A DNA stretch of 64,000 nt, from assembly GCA_965637545.1 (NCBI GenBank), contig OZ281494.1:1674001-1738000 (forward strand), given 5' to 3'. This DNA is from Phallusia mammillata. Taxonomy: Eukaryota. This document shows, in pieces, positions 63,081-64,000 of this stretch (position 1 is its first letter; the number at the start of each line of letters is the position of its first letter). A program made the translations under genes and the position numbers. The notes under the pieces are model-generated. The model was not told the origin of the DNA, searched no databases, and saw only the letters and a program-made list of their open reading frames with translations.

Positions 63081-63898
63081 ATGATGACCAGAGGAGTGGC
63101 GATTGTGATGATTTTGATTGCTCAATGGTCATCAGCCCTGCCAAAAAGTAAGATGTTCTCTGCTAAAACAAAAGGTAGAAACACCATTATATTCTTCGCA
63201 ACTTGTTTATAAGGTTGCAACAAAACTTTTCAAGCAGTGAAGGACAGTGTGTTGATGTTATCTGATGATCTTGTGGATGCAAACACTGCACAGGAGATAT
63301 GTTCTTTGCTCGGTGGAAATCTTGCAATGACTGATGACCCACAGATCAACGCAACTCTCACTCAAATCATGACAGACAAATATACATCAGGTTTGAGTGT
63401 GCACTTAAAGAGTGGCAATTTTAACATTGCAGAAAAAAAGATGTGAAACAAAATTTACTTCACACATATTAACTTATTAACATCTGTAATAATTTCTAAA
63501 TCAGTTAAGTGTTGCACAACTCAAATCGATTATGTCGTTAAATTATTCGGCAATTGACCTGCAAAATTCGCATGTACACTAATCAATTGCTTGCTGTTTT
63601 AGAATTGCAGAGGGTTTATATTTTTTACGCAACAATAGAGAATGAACGATACAAATACTCAAAGAATCCGGCTGAGTTGGGCTGGACGAGCACAAAATCT
63701 CTGGGACATCTGTGGTATTTCGACTTGTATAAATGGTAACAAGTTTCAACAGAAACAAACTCGTTAGCATAAAATAATTCGTTTTGTTCAACAGTAATCC
63801 TAAAAACACGATACAAACAGTATACTTCTGCAATTATGTAAATGGCATGGACACCGAAAGATGGTTTGTGACCATCGGAACAAATTGTGAAGGCGGAG
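63081..63898 (+). CDS. 5' part of another CTL-module gene (continues beyond the window; C-terminal tail unknown)
   Basis: Intact phase-compatible exons 63081-63147 (signal peptide MMTRGVAIVMILIAQWSSALP), 63214-63390 (A), 63603-63735 (B), 63795-63898 (C). Confidence 0.85.
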
Positions 63899-64000
63899 GT
63901 TAGAAATTAATTTACCTCAGTAACAATTATCGGACATCAACAATTTGTTGACGCGCAACTTTTTTCAAAGATCATTTTCCGCTGGAAGATTTTGCGTAAT

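Overview
AT-rich eukaryotic genomic DNA with short GT-AG introns. The compact gene structure suggests an invertebrate, possibly a tunicate, but this is inference. The left half (1-31991) is a giant inverted duplication: position x pairs with 31992-x, the arms are at least 13.7 kb and near-identical, and they flank a 4.3-kb unique spacer that begins at a 200-N gap. Each arm carries a complete Penelope-like retroelement (RT + GIY-YIG, pseudo-LTRs with hammerhead ribozymes), hAT MITEs and a multi-exon adhesion GPCR. A 4670-bp tandem duplication extends the right arm to 36141. The right half holds a receptor-type tyrosine phosphatase gene (36686-45104), a small minus-strand EGF-domain gene, a decayed phosphatase-less paralog, and the start of another paralog running off the window. 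The main observation is that the adhesion GPCR, the receptor PTP and these paralogs share one closely related five-exon N-terminal module. It is a C-type-lectin-like domain split by a variable insert of about 135-145 aa, with phase-1 introns at both borders, and it is attached to different signalling tails. All exon calls were made by eye and no database searches were run.
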